Shown here: one piece after another, positions 13,685 to 27,735 of the stretch
How positions within the stretch are numbered: the stretch's first letter is position 1
Layout of the letters: every line of letters begins with the position of its first letter
From: Octopus sinensis
Taxonomy: Eukaryota
DNA: 64,000 nt
Direction of reading: 5' to 3'
Assembly: GCF_006345805.1 (NCBI RefSeq)
Contig: NC_043001.1
Location: forward strand, 6,882,001-6,946,000
Translations under genes and position numbers: made by a program
Notes under the pieces: model-generated
Told to the model about the DNA's origin: nothing
The model's input: only the letters and a program-made list of their open reading frames with translations
The model's database searches: none

Positions 13685-14005
13685 GCGTGGAGGTGCAATG
13701 GCTCAGTGGTTTGGGCAGCGGACTCGCGGTCGGAGGATCGTCGTTTCCATTCCGAGATCGGCCGTTGTGAGTGTTTATTGAGTGGAAACACCTAAAGCTC
13801 CACGAATCTCCGGCAAAGTGTGGTGGTGAACACTGCCGTACTCTTTCACCACAACTTTCTCTCACTCCTTCTTCCTATTTCTATTGTACCTGTATTTCAA
13901 ATGGCCAGCCTTGACACACACTGTGATACGCTGAATCTGCCCGATGAATAGTATACCTGTCTGTGGAGTGCTCAGCAAATTTACACGTTAATTTCACGAG
14001 CAATG
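13685..14005 (+). mobile_element. SINE family C, tRNA-like head
   Basis: gtggaggtgcaatggctcagtggtttgggcagcggactcgcggtcggaggatcgtcgtttccattcc head followed by family C body. Confidence 0.8.
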
Positions 14006-14858
14006 CTGTTCCGTTGATCGACAGTGTCGTAGTAATTTCTTTAGGACAGGTAGAAATAACTGAAACTGTTCTGATGAGAACTCAATAATGTCCAAATGAG
14101 TTTCATACATCGTTTTCCAACGTATGTGTATTCTCATAGTAAACATATCCAGACTCCAATATATAACAGAGTATTTTGTTTTGATTTTTATGTCATACAA
14201 AAACCTATGATCAAAGTAGTTTTCTAGTTGTTATCTTGTTTTTTTTTTCTTTCTCGTATATCTTTTGGTTTTTATTTGAATAAATATATACACAGTTCCA
14301 TTATCCATCGAAAAGTTTCTTTCACGAAATGGCTAGAAGTAATGCGTATTGGGATTTGGTTGATGTTTGCAGCAGATCAAATAAACAGGTACAATCTACT
14401 ACAGAGACTCTGGCGAAACGCTTCTATATTGCGTTGCTAGTTTAACTAGTTATCAGTCATTTTCAATAGACCGCCATTATTTCTTTCTCTTCATTCTGAT
14501 GGCGGAGATGTTATGATTGAGTCGCCATTTTAAGATTTCTCTTTGTAACGAATATTTTATGTTCAATAATAATTGCGGATGAGATCGATAAACAATTTGT
14601 TTTATGGAGTAATATTCCAGTATTAACTAACAAAAATTATATTTTGATGTTTAGACTTTAAATGTATTTACTTATTTCTGTATAGTATAGCGCTGTATTT
14701 CGTATCAAAGTGAACGAGATGGCCGAAACATTAGCAAGTTAGACATAATCCTTAGTGTGATTTCCTCTAGTTATTCATGTTCTGAGTCCAAATCCCGTTT
14801 CCAGGTAAATTTTACCTTTCTTGGCTATGGTGATCACTAAAATATACTACCAGTATAT

Positions 14859-15275
14859 AGGCGTAGGAGTGGCAGGGTGGTAAGTAGCATGCTTACGAAC
14901 CACGTGGTTCCGGGTTCAGTCCCACTGCGTGACACCTTCGGCAAGTGACTTCTGCTGTAGCTTCAGGCCAACCAAAATCCTTGTGAGTGGATTTGGTAGA
15001 CGGAAACTGAAAGAAGCCCGTTGTATATATGTATATATATATATGTATATATGAGTATATATATGTTTTTGTGTCTGTGTTTGTCCCCCAACATCGCTTG
15101 ACAACCGATGCTGGTGTGTTTACGTCCCCGTAACTTAGTGGTTCAGCAAAAGATACCGATAGAATAAGTACTAGGCTTACAAAGAATAAGTCCTGGGGTC
15201 GATTTGCTCTACTAAAGGCGGTACTCCAGCATGGCCACACTCAAATGGCCGAAACAAGTAAAAGAGTAAAGGAGT
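14859..15275 (+). mobile_element. SINE family A, full length
   Basis: tRNA-like head (ggttccgggttcagtccc), internal (TA/TG)n, tail gaaacaagtaaaagagtaaagg; closely similar to 27333-27735. Confidence 0.9.
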
Positions 15276-15329
15276 AACGTAATTCGGTCGATGAAATCGA
15301 CTGACCCTGAAAATTCCTGCGCACTTCAA

Positions 15330-15905
15330 CGGAGCATCGTGTTGTTTCGCCGGTCACTTATCACGGTATCACAGTATCGACCAGTCCTTTTGATGAAGTT
15401 ATACATGATGGTCACAAAGCGCTTCCAGTTCAGTCTCGATTGTGCCATACTTTTCTATCTTAACCACATCGCCTTCCATTCGTCGTGGGGCCTTCGAAGT
15501 GGTCTAATCCGATCTTCTCTTTATCAATCGCTAACTGTAAGGCTCCATCCGTTGTCTGTGAATCATGTGAATTTTCCCAGCGAGGGGAACTTGAATTATC
15601 GGTATTTTGCAATCGCATCGTTCACTCTGCTCCGTTTTTGTATTATTTCAGTTCTATCATCCTCTCGTATTGATATTCCTAGGACAGGTCATTCCATAAT
15701 CCTTTGCATCATATCCAATCGACGTTCTCACCTCTTCGTGGCACTTCCGTATACGATGGGAGGTATGACAGTACATCTGACGAGTCTGGCAGTATGGTAT
15801 TGTCTAGCTGTGTTTGGTTTAATTGCCTTACAACATGCCCTCATTCTTGTTCAGATTTCCCCATTTATACGCTGTGGGAACTGTATAACTGTGGCCCAGG
15901 ACTAA
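15330..15905 (-). pseudogene. RTE-clade LINE 3' relic (C-terminal to RT)
   Basis: Minus-strand translation gives fragments such as VLSYLPSYTEVP / RRLDMMQRIME / LGISIREDDRTEIIQKRSRVNDAI / AQSRLNWKRFV, resembling RTE ORF C-termini. Confidence 0.6.
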
Positions 15906-16349
15906 CAATTAGAAAAATGTAAAATATATCACAATATCCATGTATAATAAATCACTATAACTCTGTGGTTGTATGGACGTTGAGGATGAAATGTTCTTTG
16001 AGTGTAGAAATAATTTTGCATTTGCTACCGTAAGAAATTTACGTCCATTTTGAAACATTTATTAACAAACGTTACGCAAAACCTTCTCAAATCCCCAAAT
16101 ACAACTTGCTAATTGTTGAACGCATACAACTTACTTAAAATTAGTCATTTTCTCCTGATAGAAGCTGTCATAATGAAAGAGGTAAAATAAATTTCTATTA
16201 AAGCATATGCTGTTGCTGAAAACATATTTTTAGAGAAGTAGATCTCATCCTTAAATATGTGTTATTTGCAAGATGCAACGTTTCATTTTAACGCTCAAAA
16301 CTTGAATGAAACAAATGTGGGCCTAATGATTCTACTTACTCTCGTGCAT

Positions 16350-16850
16350 CAATAAAATCGGTTTTTCATTCAGTACTTTTAGTAGACTTTAGAATTCTTA
16401 TCAATCTAGATTCCTTCACATAGACTTATCCTACGCCTACAGTCTGTAGTAAACCGTACGAACTGTAATCTTTCCAAAAATTAATAGAATATATTGTTTG
16501 TTAGATGTTTAAGGACAAAAGCCCTCAATTACAATTCCATTATCTATGTTCTGTGTATTTCTTGCGTCTTTATTGTCTAACGAATTGAAAGAAATACTTG
16601 TCCATTATTTGGATCTGTCTGAAGACATTTGCAATCAAACGCTGGTAAACTCTTAATGAAAATTGGCGTAATTGGCACTTTTCCTCTGTGTTCCAATACG
16701 TTATCGTTTGTCTATAAGTGTCTTTGATCTAGTAATTAATTTGATGTGAACTTATATCTTATTCATATTAATCTCAGTAACCCTGGTTTTATTAATTACG
16801 AATATATTGACATTTTTTTCATGTAGATTGTGCTAACATTTCTATAATTA
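16350..16850 (-). pseudogene. Very degenerate Penelope-like RT relic
   Basis: Minus strand YRQT... and GTQRKSANYANF near 16650-16720 resemble the YxQxxGxxMGxxxAPxYANxF motif. Confidence 0.35.
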
Positions 16851-18399
16851 ACAGTGAAGTGTTAATTGAGATTAAACAGAATTGCAACATTCTAAATTAT
16901 ATTTGCGCAATACAAACGAGGTAACATCTATAATAAACTAATTTTGAGAGATCTGTGTCTGATAATCTAGAATTTCTCCGTTGTCTTATTCCACATATAG
17001 GAATATATTTCAATAGGAGATATGCAAATATTTACCAATATTTCGTTCTTATATTTGCTTTGTCCGAATTTTGATTTGAATTTGAGAGTCGAAACAAATC
17101 TTGTTTTGGCTGGTATTTACGCCAATAATAAACACACACACAGAGGTTCAATACCACATATTTAATGTCAGTTAATTGGTTAAACTTTTAACCAACCATA
17201 GATTCGATTGTTTGCATAAGGCTTTGGTTAAATAATCAATCGGTTATTTTATTATCAAAATCCTTTCGTCGTTATATGCGACTTCGGCAATTCCATGCGC
17301 TCCCTCTTTAAGGTCTGCTTTGAATCTGTCTCAAGTTTGTTTTTATTAGACATTTAACCGACGGACTAACAAAAAATAAGCGATATTGAACCAGTCTGTG
17401 TACTCTTTTTGGCGTAGTGATGCTCTCAAGACAAAGCAAGATTTATCAATGTTCATAACATAATGTGTAATTTTACTTTTCATAGACTGCTCCACATCCT
17501 TAAACTATAACTGGTGGAAGGCATCGAACTACATATAAATATCTTTGTGTGTAACTCTACCTTTACTGTATCTCTAAAGAATATTCATTTGGGATTTGAA
17601 GCACATTGCCAATGAGTTGTGATATTATAGACATACATATAATTCAATGCAATGTGTTTTCCAGTTAACGTAGTTGATACATACTTGACTAGTTTGCTTT
17701 CGTATCATTTTAGATTTCCACGTAATTTTCACACATGTTACTTCGCAATGTTCAGCAAAGTGAAATCTGTCATTCGGGAAATGTATGATATCGCTTCTTC
17801 CAGAAAGGTGCTTGTAAGGTATTTCTATGGAAAAAAAGAAACAGTATAAATATATGTAAATCCGTTTATCTGTTTTTATTTTGACATAATGGGAAATATA
17901 ACGGCAAGAATTAAATTGATAATTCATGTGGTGACAAAATAATAAATTGCATGTAATAGAATCCTACACTGTTTGAGTAAAGGAAGAAACAAGTGGCGGC
18001 AGTAAATTTGACGCAAATCTTACAGCAGTGACATGTGTAGATAAAAGTATACGCACAGATTATAGAAGACAGGGTCTGCAAAAAAATGTCATCGTATAAT
18101 ATACATTACACAAGACTTAAGTCGAAGAATTATCATTTGGTTTATCATGTTTAAGCCAGACGTCACCTGTCTTCGAGATTCAGTTATACATGTATATAAG
18201 ATACTCTTGAATTAAGAGTTATATGATAAAAAATACGGCCATACACATGCAGTCGTATTTTCTTCTTACATATTATGATTAAAATACATCTAAATATTAT
18301 AATGAACAAATAAATACTTCTTTTATTTCAAGAATACTGAAAAATAATAACATAAGGGGCATCAGCCATCTGAATGTGGCTAGGGACAGGGCAGGGCGG

Positions 18400-18620
18400 T
18401 GGGGGTGTTACTGATGCATTTAGCCCCAGGCGATCATCAACGTCACCAGGAGGGCTGACACCATCTCGGTGTCCTCTAGCCTGCAAAGGGAGATCATTCC
18501 CCGAAGAAGCGGATGCTACATACGGACCAGGTTTCAAGGTATTTGCCTATTATCAACGCATGGTAAGCACCGCTCTCCGACGAATAACTCTCTGTTGTAC
18601 AGGAATTTGAGAGACACAAA
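18400..18620 (+). pseudogene. RTE-like RT fragment
   Basis: QAIINVTRRADTIS resembles (GV)RQGDTISP of RTE RT with a small deletion. Confidence 0.45.
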
Positions 18621-19799
18621 TAATGTATATAAACACGTCTTGATTGGTCACGTAAACAACATGTTAAATGCATCGTTCATGTACAAGACATGTCTCTAAA
18701 TTAATAAATTTACTTACTGGACATAATGAGTACAAAAATAATATATATTCTGCAACAGTAAACAATAACAACTATATGTTCTTTGTTTGTTTATTCCAAA
18801 GATGGTTCCTCTGTTAACTCGTGAAATAATTCACGCATACAAACTGTTTTAAGAGAAACGTTCAACTTTTTTTGTTTCAATTGTTACTTGAATGTCTGAT
18901 GTCATACAAATCAGAAACGAATTGTCTAATGTGTGACGTATGTGGAAATCAAATAAATTTTTTAATGAAAATAAGATAACAACACGACAAACACCGGGAT
19001 TCCATGTTTCCTATGAATGCCTGCATACGACCGTGTGTTTGTGACATGTCTCTATATATACGAGAGTCTATGCACACACACACATACACAAACGCACACG
19101 TTCTCTTTTTCAATCTATCTTTCACACACACACACACACACACTATCTCACTCAAACACACACACATATAGTTGTGTTTATGTGTGCATCTATGTACTCA
19201 ATCACTTCAAAATATCAAAATATCTTACATTGTACTTGACTTAATGATTGCTTCAGCTTCTCTCGAAAACATGATTTATATCATAACATGACATTCTTTT
19301 CATTTTCTTACACTGACGTAGTTACAAATACTGCTTATTTATTTGTTTAGACTAAGGTCAAAATTATGCTTTGCCAATTGCGTATAGACATTGATCGTAA
19401 CGTTAATATTACATTTATTTAAAATATCTAGTTCAAAATTATACTCCTTCACAATCCGTTCATTTTGAAAACAATTACAATGACGAGAGAGAGGGAGAGA
19501 GAGAGAGAGAAAATCAAATATGTAGCTGGTCGAGCAGGAATAATATACATGTAAACATCTAACTTTATCGCTCACATCAACAATAGCATCTTCGTTTGTT
19601 CTTAGCTTCTATATTGAGACTATGTTGTGGGGGCATTGTCTTGAAATGCCTTTGCCTGTCAAATGAGCTCCAATAAAACAATTGCATCTCACATAGCGCA
19701 GAACAGCAAGGTCAGAGACCTACTATTGAAACAAGGGTAAGATAAATGATAATATGCATGTGTGTGTTCATAAGTGTGTATATATATATATGTGATTCG

Positions 19800-20381
19800 A
19801 AGGTAATTCGGAATGCTCACAGCAGCCATATTCCTACCGCTCTATGTCACGCTGGTGAGACCCATATTGGAGTACGGGATTCAAGCCTCTTCTCCTTATC
19901 TCCTCAAAGACATACAGCATCTCGAAAGAGTCCAGAAACTGGCTACCCGCATGGTTCTTGGTCTAAAGAATTTGTCTTATGAAGAAAGGCTGAAGACGCT
20001 CGACCTTTATTCTCTAGAAAAACGACGACGCCGTGGTGATCTCGTTCTTGCTCACGACATCATAAGCGGAAAGTGTAACCTCTCGAAGGAGCTGTTCTTC
20101 ACTCCTGCTCCAGAGCGTCGGCTGCGGGGTCATTCCGAAAAGCTCTATCTGCGAAGATTTCATCTCAATCGAAGGAGAGGGGCTTTCTCCGTCCGGGTTG
20201 CGGATCCGTGGAATAAGCTGCCAGACGAGACGGTGAAGATGCCGACGACCGCTCGGTTCCAAGTCTCTCTTGACCTCAAGTGGCCTCAACTCTTTACAAG
20301 AACACCACCCTGTACATAACTCCATGTCCCCCTACATGGCCTTGCTTTTTGCTTTTTGAGCCAAAAATTAACTAACTAACT

Positions 20382-20385
<4 letters not shown>
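19800..20385 (+). mobile_element. CR1-clade LINE, 5'-truncated 3' end
   Basis: ORF 19813-20319 LYVTLVRPILEYG...LERVQKLATRMV...SYEERLKTLDLYSLEKRRRRGDL, typical CR1 C-terminus; tail aattaactaactaactaac. Confidence 0.9.
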
Positions 20386-20476
<91 letters not shown>

Positions 20477-21115
20477 GCATGTGTGTGTGTGTATGTGTGT
20501 GTATGAATTTATACATGTAAACATACACATCTCCATATACATAGATATGTGTCTGATTTTATAAGTTAACTGTAAATATCGAAAAATTCTTAAATGCAAA
20601 TATATCTCATGGGAGTCATTTTATAAACTTTTACAAATAATGTTAAACGTTATTTCTAAAAGATTCACTTGTATATTCATACACATACATAAGCCCTCCT
20701 TGTTAAAGCAGTCTATATGCATTAGATAAAAACAATATCTTACAATTCCGGTCAAGTTTTTCGCCTAATTCTTTCCTGTCTTTACATGTGTATCTTCGCT
20801 TCTCTTTCTTGTTCTTCACTAGACATCATTTTATTCGACGAAGTACGATGTCCGAAGACTTACATTTTTACCCTATAACGTTGACTCCACGCATCCTTCT
20901 TCTTAGATCATCCATGACCCTTGGACTCCTGTTGCTTTTGAAATTGATTCTATATATATAGATACACATACATGCAGGAAGTAAATAGACACATTTAATT
21001 TTCAAAATGTCTTATCTAAGCAACTTAATATGTTTTCACTGGTGTAGAATTTACGATGTAGTTATTCTTTTTCATTCCAGGTGCCATTATATTAAACATT
21101 TGTGAAGAGTAACCA

Positions 21116-21495
21116 TGCCACACACAAAAAATTCAGCAGAACTATCAGATTTTCAAAGAGGTCGTATTGTTAGCCAGTGAAAAATTGCCAACAGATCTTC
21201 AAATTCCTCTTGCTATTGTTAATAGAATTATACTGCAATAGAAAAGCCAACGAAAATAATAAACACATTCGCGTCCCGGCCGACCTGGGCCCTCGGAAAG
21301 GAAGCTTCGCTGTTTGAAGAGAATTCTGGAAAATGAACTCCGTTCGAAGGTTTCTGACATTGCAAAACAGCTAGACGGTTTTCCAAGAACGTGTGGTATA
21401 TATTTGCATAAGCTTGCGTATTATAGACGAGCAGCTAGAAGAAAACATCTCCTTCAATCAATTAATATCATGAAAAGAAAGGAATGGGTTAAGGA
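21116..21495 (+). pseudogene. Tc1 transposase N-terminal (HTH) relic
   Basis: MPHTKNSAELSDFQRGRIV...RPGRP...LKRILENELRSKVSDIAKQL...RRAARRKHLL. Confidence 0.75.
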
Positions 21496-21499
21496 GTTG

Positions 21500-21900
21500 T
21501 TATTAATATCATTATTGTTCCTAAATTGGCGAGATGGTTGTGATAAGCAGCAGCATTTTGTCAGTCTTCAAATTCCGAGTTTAGGTTTCGCTGTGTTCGA
21601 TTTTTGCCTATCATCTTTTGGAAGTCCATCAGATAAGTATCAGTTACGTATTTGCATCGATGCCTTTGAATTACTTCTTCGCGAAAAAGCTGGTCTTTTG
21701 CCTAAATTTGAAGTCACTATAATTGTTTTTCTTCTTGTCTTTATTATTTTTAATATTATTATTCAGAAAAAAAACGAACTACATGTTTACATCGGTTCCA
21801 CAAAACATTACTTTTAGTAGATGACGTAAAATATCAAAAACTATTTGCATAGATACTGTTTCCGAAACATTGGAGTCTTCTCCTGCAGGGCTTGACAAAA
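21500..21900. pseudogene. Possible Penelope-like relics
   Basis: VYIGSTKH (GIY-YIG-like) at about 21786-21810; rest highly degenerate. Confidence 0.3.
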
Positions 21901-22918
21901 AAATGTTTTGTTTTCTTATTTGTGAAAAAATTTCCATTTTTCCTTCTTATTAAAAATCGTTACGGAAATTTCACGCCGTGACCCCAATAAACAGAAAACT
22001 GAAAAGTTTCAAAATAACATATTTCACACTGAGATGTCCAAATTTTAGCAAAGTATAAGATAATGTATTGATAGCAACAATGAATAAATATGTTGGAGAC
22101 ATTGAATTTTTTCAAGGAGTTGAAAAATATCGAGTCGAAATGTCAACACAAGCAATAATTGTTCAACGCATACATTTTTCAAGCGATATAAAGAAAAACA
22201 TTTATCGGTGGCAAATACTTATTGCATTTTGTTTATACCACAAATTTCCTGACAGATAGCCTCCGTGGAAACCTCCCTATATCATAGCCCAGGCACGACA
22301 ACTCGCGTCAACATCACCCAGAATGATAAATATCGATATTTGTCCATTATTTCGGCTTACCAATGCCATGAACTCGGATCATTTCATTTGTTACAACGAC
22401 GCATGGTAAATAAGTTTCTACTACACCGCCATGAGTTTCTCTACTCCAACGTTGATTAAAACAGAAATATGATGGAAAACGTATAAAATTATAAAATGGA
22501 TATTAGTGTGATGTAAATGTCCTTATTATGAACCAATCGGGAGCAAGTGTTCAGTCAAAATATTGATGAGAAATGTATATTTTATTACCTTTCACTCCTT
22601 AACCTTAATGTATGAACCTCCAATGACCCAAGACCCAATATGAGAAGTCCAGGAGAGTTGTAACGTAAACAAGAGCGGAATGAGAGAATTGCCTTCAGTT
22701 GTTTAATTGCTGGTGATTTCGCAGTGTTTACTGGACTTTCCGCCTATTCTATATCAATAAAAAAAGCCCTTGGCACTTAAGGGTCACATGCGCGAAGAAA
22801 TATACAAACACAGCGAAAACGGTGTGAGAAATAGCAACGGAAAGAAGCGAGACAGAAATTACTACTTATCAACTGAATATGGTTGATGTAAATAATTTCC
22901 CTCCTTCTATGTAATATG

Positions 22919-22962
<44 letters not shown>

Positions 22963-23069
22963 GTCTTACAGAGAAAAAAAGAGAGAGGGGGAGTCGAAGA
23001 AAGGGAGAGGATGAGTAATAGAGTTCTATATTTAAGAGATGAGGAATTATGTATATGTATATGTAAATA

Positions 23070-23900
23070 TATACAGGGAACGGTGAGTGTCGTCTAAATT
23101 ACATCACACACATATGTAAATAACGCTTATATCTCATTTTAACAGATATATTTACCAGAATTACATAAAATATCTTGAAATACTAAAGAGTAAATTTATT
23201 CCTTAAAGTCGCCATTGGTTTCAACCAAGGTCTCCAGACGACTTCGGAATTTCCTGCAACTCTTCTGGAGGGTCTCCTTGTTTATGCTGGTGAATGCTGC
23301 CATAATCCTTGCTTTCAGTTCATCTTTTACTTTACAAGTTATGTTGTTCTCTCCCTGATCTTCGCCCTAAACATAATAATCATGGGAATTACAATCTTGG
23401 GAGTTAGATCGCCAGACGTTAAGTGTTCATGTGGTCGCAGAAATTGACTGACAGCAATGACTGTGTCCTCCTGCTTGTGTGACATACTGCAGATTCCCGT
23501 TGCCAGACATAGGGTCTTCCAGCAGCCACCTCCGTGACCCAGGACAGCATTACCTAATCCAGGCCCCAGATGTATGCCTCCTTGTTGTGTCTGATGCCGT
23601 GTGGGAATGATGAATGGAGGCAAAACAACGACATGACAAGTGATCCTCCAAACACGGATACTGACCGGATGTTTCATTTTTATCTCACTCGGTACATGTT
23701 TTGGGGACACTGCAAGCCAAAGTTTGCTCTGTGTGTTCACTATCAGATCGAATTAGAGTTTTTCGCCGCAAATACCAAACAGCACAGTATGTTGTTTCCA
23801 GATTTCTGGCAGAGTAAATTACGTAATGGTACTGTATTTCTGACATTCACCATGCTTCGAAGTATGCGGATATTACCGGACTGGCTTGATGCATCAACTT
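23070..23900 (-). pseudogene. Tc1/mariner transposase relic
   Basis: Minus strand PYVWQRESAVCHT and NVWRSNSQDCNSHDYYV correspond to WQQDSAPCHT and WPPNSPDCNPLDYYV motifs; MKHPVSIRVW upstream. Confidence 0.8.
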
Positions 23901-23999
23901 AAGTGCCTTAGTCAACTAAATCTTAATTACTTCTTGAAATACATACATCCTTACATATATCTACATATTTATATCTATATATATCTATCTATCTATCTA

Positions 24000-24037
<38 letters not shown>

Positions 24038-24038
24038 T

Positions 24039-24109
<71 letters not shown>

Positions 24110-24785
24110 TATATATATATAATATATATATATATATTTATATATATATGCACCAATGAGTGGTACAACAAAGCACCACTATTTACTGGAAATAGAAGTC
24201 GATACCTTTACGAATCTATAGTAAGGGTTTACTGCTTATATACTGCGAAAGATGTGTGAGTGCAACAAACATGAAAAATTTGTCTTACTTCTAGGAAGAA
24301 CATTCGATCAATGGACAACCCAAAATCGGATTATGCAGGACCGGTTTCTGACACACCAACAAAAATTTGATCAGATTAATCAACAAAAATTTGATCAGAT
24401 TTCATCAGCTGCATTTATCAAGACAATATTTTAAATGTTGCCACAACAATGCCAGTACACACACACACACATACTGTTTATATTTCGGGATGGTCATTTT
24501 TTTTCTGTGAAAGAATCACACGCACTATATTTTTTCTGCACTTCTTTACTGCTGTTCTTAATTTGTTACTTTAACTCATGTTCATTGTCTGGAAATCTTA
24601 CGACACACATCTGTGACATCTTCAGCAACACTTTCCTATTTCCTGTGTTCTTGCTCAAAATTCTCCATTGTGTTCTAAGATCTGTGTCCTTATTTGCGCA
24701 TCCATTTGTGTCCTTGTTTGTGCCTGTGTGTGTCCCTGTGTGTCCGTGTGTGTATATATGTGTGTATGCTTGTGTGTGTCATACG

Positions 24786-24854
<69 letters not shown>

Positions 24855-25066
24855 ATTTAAATGGAATGCATAAATGTAAATATATATATGTGTGCGTCTG
24901 TGTGTGTACATATATGAATATCAAGCATACAGATACATGAACATAATGAAATATAAATTTAAGTATATATACGTTCAAAAGGTATATGCATATAGTAATA
25001 CATACATATAGATGTACGTATATACATATGCACAATATACATATATACAATATACATATACACAAT

Positions 25067-25102
<36 letters not shown>

Positions 25103-25587
25103 TTATCTGTGAGAAAATACATGAGTGCGTCAGTGTTTCTTTGTTTGTCTTTGTTTGCCTCTATGTGTGTGTGTTTGTATGTGTCATATATACAGGTTTG
25201 TGTGTGGAACTAATGTTTTTCCATTAGTATTTGGTTCTCTTTGTTTTTTATTTTATTTTATGGCATAATGTGCCTCCTGTGTAGTGTTGACATCAATGCC
25301 ATAACTTGCAAATTACCGAAACCAATCATTTTTTAACTTTTTACCAGCAGAATGTTACTATTACTAAGTATGTGTGTGTGTTTGTCGTGTGTGTGTTTGC
25401 TAATTAAATATTTTGCCTTTGTTATTCGCTTACTTTTGGTGCACCTTAACATCTGGATGAGATAAAAGAAAACCAGACTAACATACGATTTAAATAGTCG
25501 CCTTCTAAAGTAGCACTTGCATTATTTTATTGCATACACAATGCCAATATAGGTATGAATATACACATATATACCTGTATGTATGTA

Positions 25588-25622
<35 letters not shown>

Positions 25623-25639
25623 ATATAATGTTCGCCATG

Positions 25640-25835
25640 ATAGATCGTTAGCCACTACACACATTTTTTCTCTCCTTGTTTTTTTCTGTGTACCTTTCTG
25701 TAGAAGAGTGTAGACTCGAAACGTAAAATACTTTTTCTACTCCTGACCGTTATACTAATACATTTGTTTGTTTTGTACACCACCTGTCTTCGTCCTTTGT
25801 TTTTTCGTAAATTTTCCCTATATATAGTGCCAGGT
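25640..25835 (+). mobile_element. Penelope pLTR-like fragment with hammerhead-like motif
   Basis: tttCTGTAGAaGAGTgtagACTCGAAACGTAaaa at 25695-25728 in pyrimidine-rich context. Confidence 0.5.
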
Positions 25836-25958
25836 GGTGCTATTAAGTTAGACATGGTTTGGGCCAATACTGGCCAAAACCTTTCTAAGTTATTCTAAGT
25901 TATATATGTATGTATATATATATATATGTATATATATATGTATATACATATATATATG

Positions 25959-26000
<42 letters not shown>

Positions 26001-27332
26001 TGCTTGTATATGTTTGTGTGTGCATTCATATTAAAGGTTAATTTTACGTACAGTTACTGCATACTGAGTTAATCTACGCTTTTTTAGAGTACAGATTTAT
26101 TATCCTTAAGCAATAATATTACTGACAGTAACTGAGAAGTTTCAGCCAGTTAAGCCATCATCGGAATACCCAACGAAGGCTTTAGACAATGGATGAATCT
26201 GCTATGTTACTTTAGATATAATTTTTTTCCAGAAATTTGCGCGCACGCATGTATATATTTGCGTGTGTGTGTGTGGCTGTGTGTATGTGAGTGTGCGTGC
26301 GTATGTGTGTGTGAAAGAAGGGAACCGAGAAATTGACATATAAGCATAACTATATTCAGAGATATTCCAGTCAATTTACGATGAAATTTTATCCCTACAG
26401 CTGTTTCCACGCTCAGTCAATTCAATTAGAAAAATTAAATTAAATTAATTTAATATTTTCAAATTGAAACTGGGTATTTCATCAGGGGAGAATTCTGAGA
26501 TATTAGTTCCATGCCAACGGGTTAGTCGAGTCTTGACAGACTCATGTGCGCGTAATCTATGAGGTAGGAGATTGGTTTAATAGCATTAAATATCAAAGTA
26601 GAAATGAATGCATGCAAATATATTCAAAGCTCTTTCTCTTCAATTACCCAAATTCTTTTTTAAAAGCCCCATTAATTTGCGAAAAGTAATTGGAATATTT
26701 ATATGAATGAAATTAATTTTATTGTAGCCGCCAGAAGATATATTGTAGAGCTTGAAAACGAGTATTGGACTAGGATATATAGAAGGGTTGGCTCAAATAT
26801 AGCCATGGGTCCTACAGATTCTGACCAAGTTATATATTAATTTGGCATCTATATTCTTTTTATCTTAGGAAAGGATCTTCCTGACATTTCTGGAGGTTTA
26901 TATGGAGATGGTGCCCTATTTACCAGTATGAACCTATCTAATAGAAATCTGGTACTATATAAGAACTTTTACAAATTTCTAAAGAGTTTTGGACTCCATA
27001 ACGATAGAAAAAGAACATGATTTGGTTAACTTCCTAGATGTTTATCTCAATTACATTGTTGGCAATTATGAGCCGTACCATATTGTAACTCCAATTTTAT
27101 TCATATAAGTGACGAAAGTAAGCATTCTTTAGTTTATATCTCAAAGAATTTTCCAATGTATCGTCTAATAATTATATATTTGAGAAAAAATGCTGAATTT
27201 TATAACGTAGTACTCAGCAAAGCTGGGTATGAACAAAAGGTGAAGTATTACTTTTTAAAAAATAAACATCGGTATCTCTAACAACATGCATATTTCTCAT
27301 GTTAGTAAAGATTTTAAACAAATTGCCAAGAA

Positions 27333-27735
27333 TAGGCGTGGCTGTGTGGTAAGTAGCTTGCTTACCAACCACATGGTTCCGGGTTCAGTCCCACTGCGTG
27401 GCACTTTGGGCAAGTGTCTTCTACTATAGCCTCGGGCCGACCAAAGCCTTGTGAGTGGATTTGGTAGACGGAAACCGAAAGAAGCCCGTCGTATATATGT
27501 GTATATATGTATGCGTGTCTATGTTTGTGTGTCTGTGTTTGTTCCCCTAGCATTGCTAGACAGCCGATGCTGGTGTGTTTATGTCCCCGTTACTTAGCGG
27601 GTCGGCAAAAGAGACCGATAGAATAGGTACTGGGCTTACAAAAGAATAAGTCCCGGGGTCGAGTTGCTCGACTAAAGGCGGTGCTCCAGCATGGCCGCAG
27701 TCAAATGACTGAAACAAGTAAAAGAGTAAAAGAGT
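27333..27735 (+). mobile_element. SINE family A, full length
   Basis: ggcgtggctgtgtggtaagtagc...ggttccgggttcagtccc head; tail gaaacaagtaaaagagtaaaagag. Confidence 0.9.

Noticed and set aside
14073-14110. CTGATGA followed by a stem-loop
   Set aside because: No GAAA after the stem on the same strand, so not a hammerhead
15291-15905. 204-aa plus-strand ORF
   Set aside because: Antisense to the RTE relic; no recognisable domain
18420-18570. Exon-like GC-rich block ending in GTAAGC
   Set aside because: One frame resembles the RTE RQGDTISP motif; the donor match is likely chance
19595-19735. AG...GTAAGA bounded exon candidate
   Set aside because: All three frames contain stops; no support beyond splice dinucleotides
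21314-21817. 167-aa ORF as a single gene
   Set aside because: Chance read-through from a Tc1 relic into unrelated degenerate sequence
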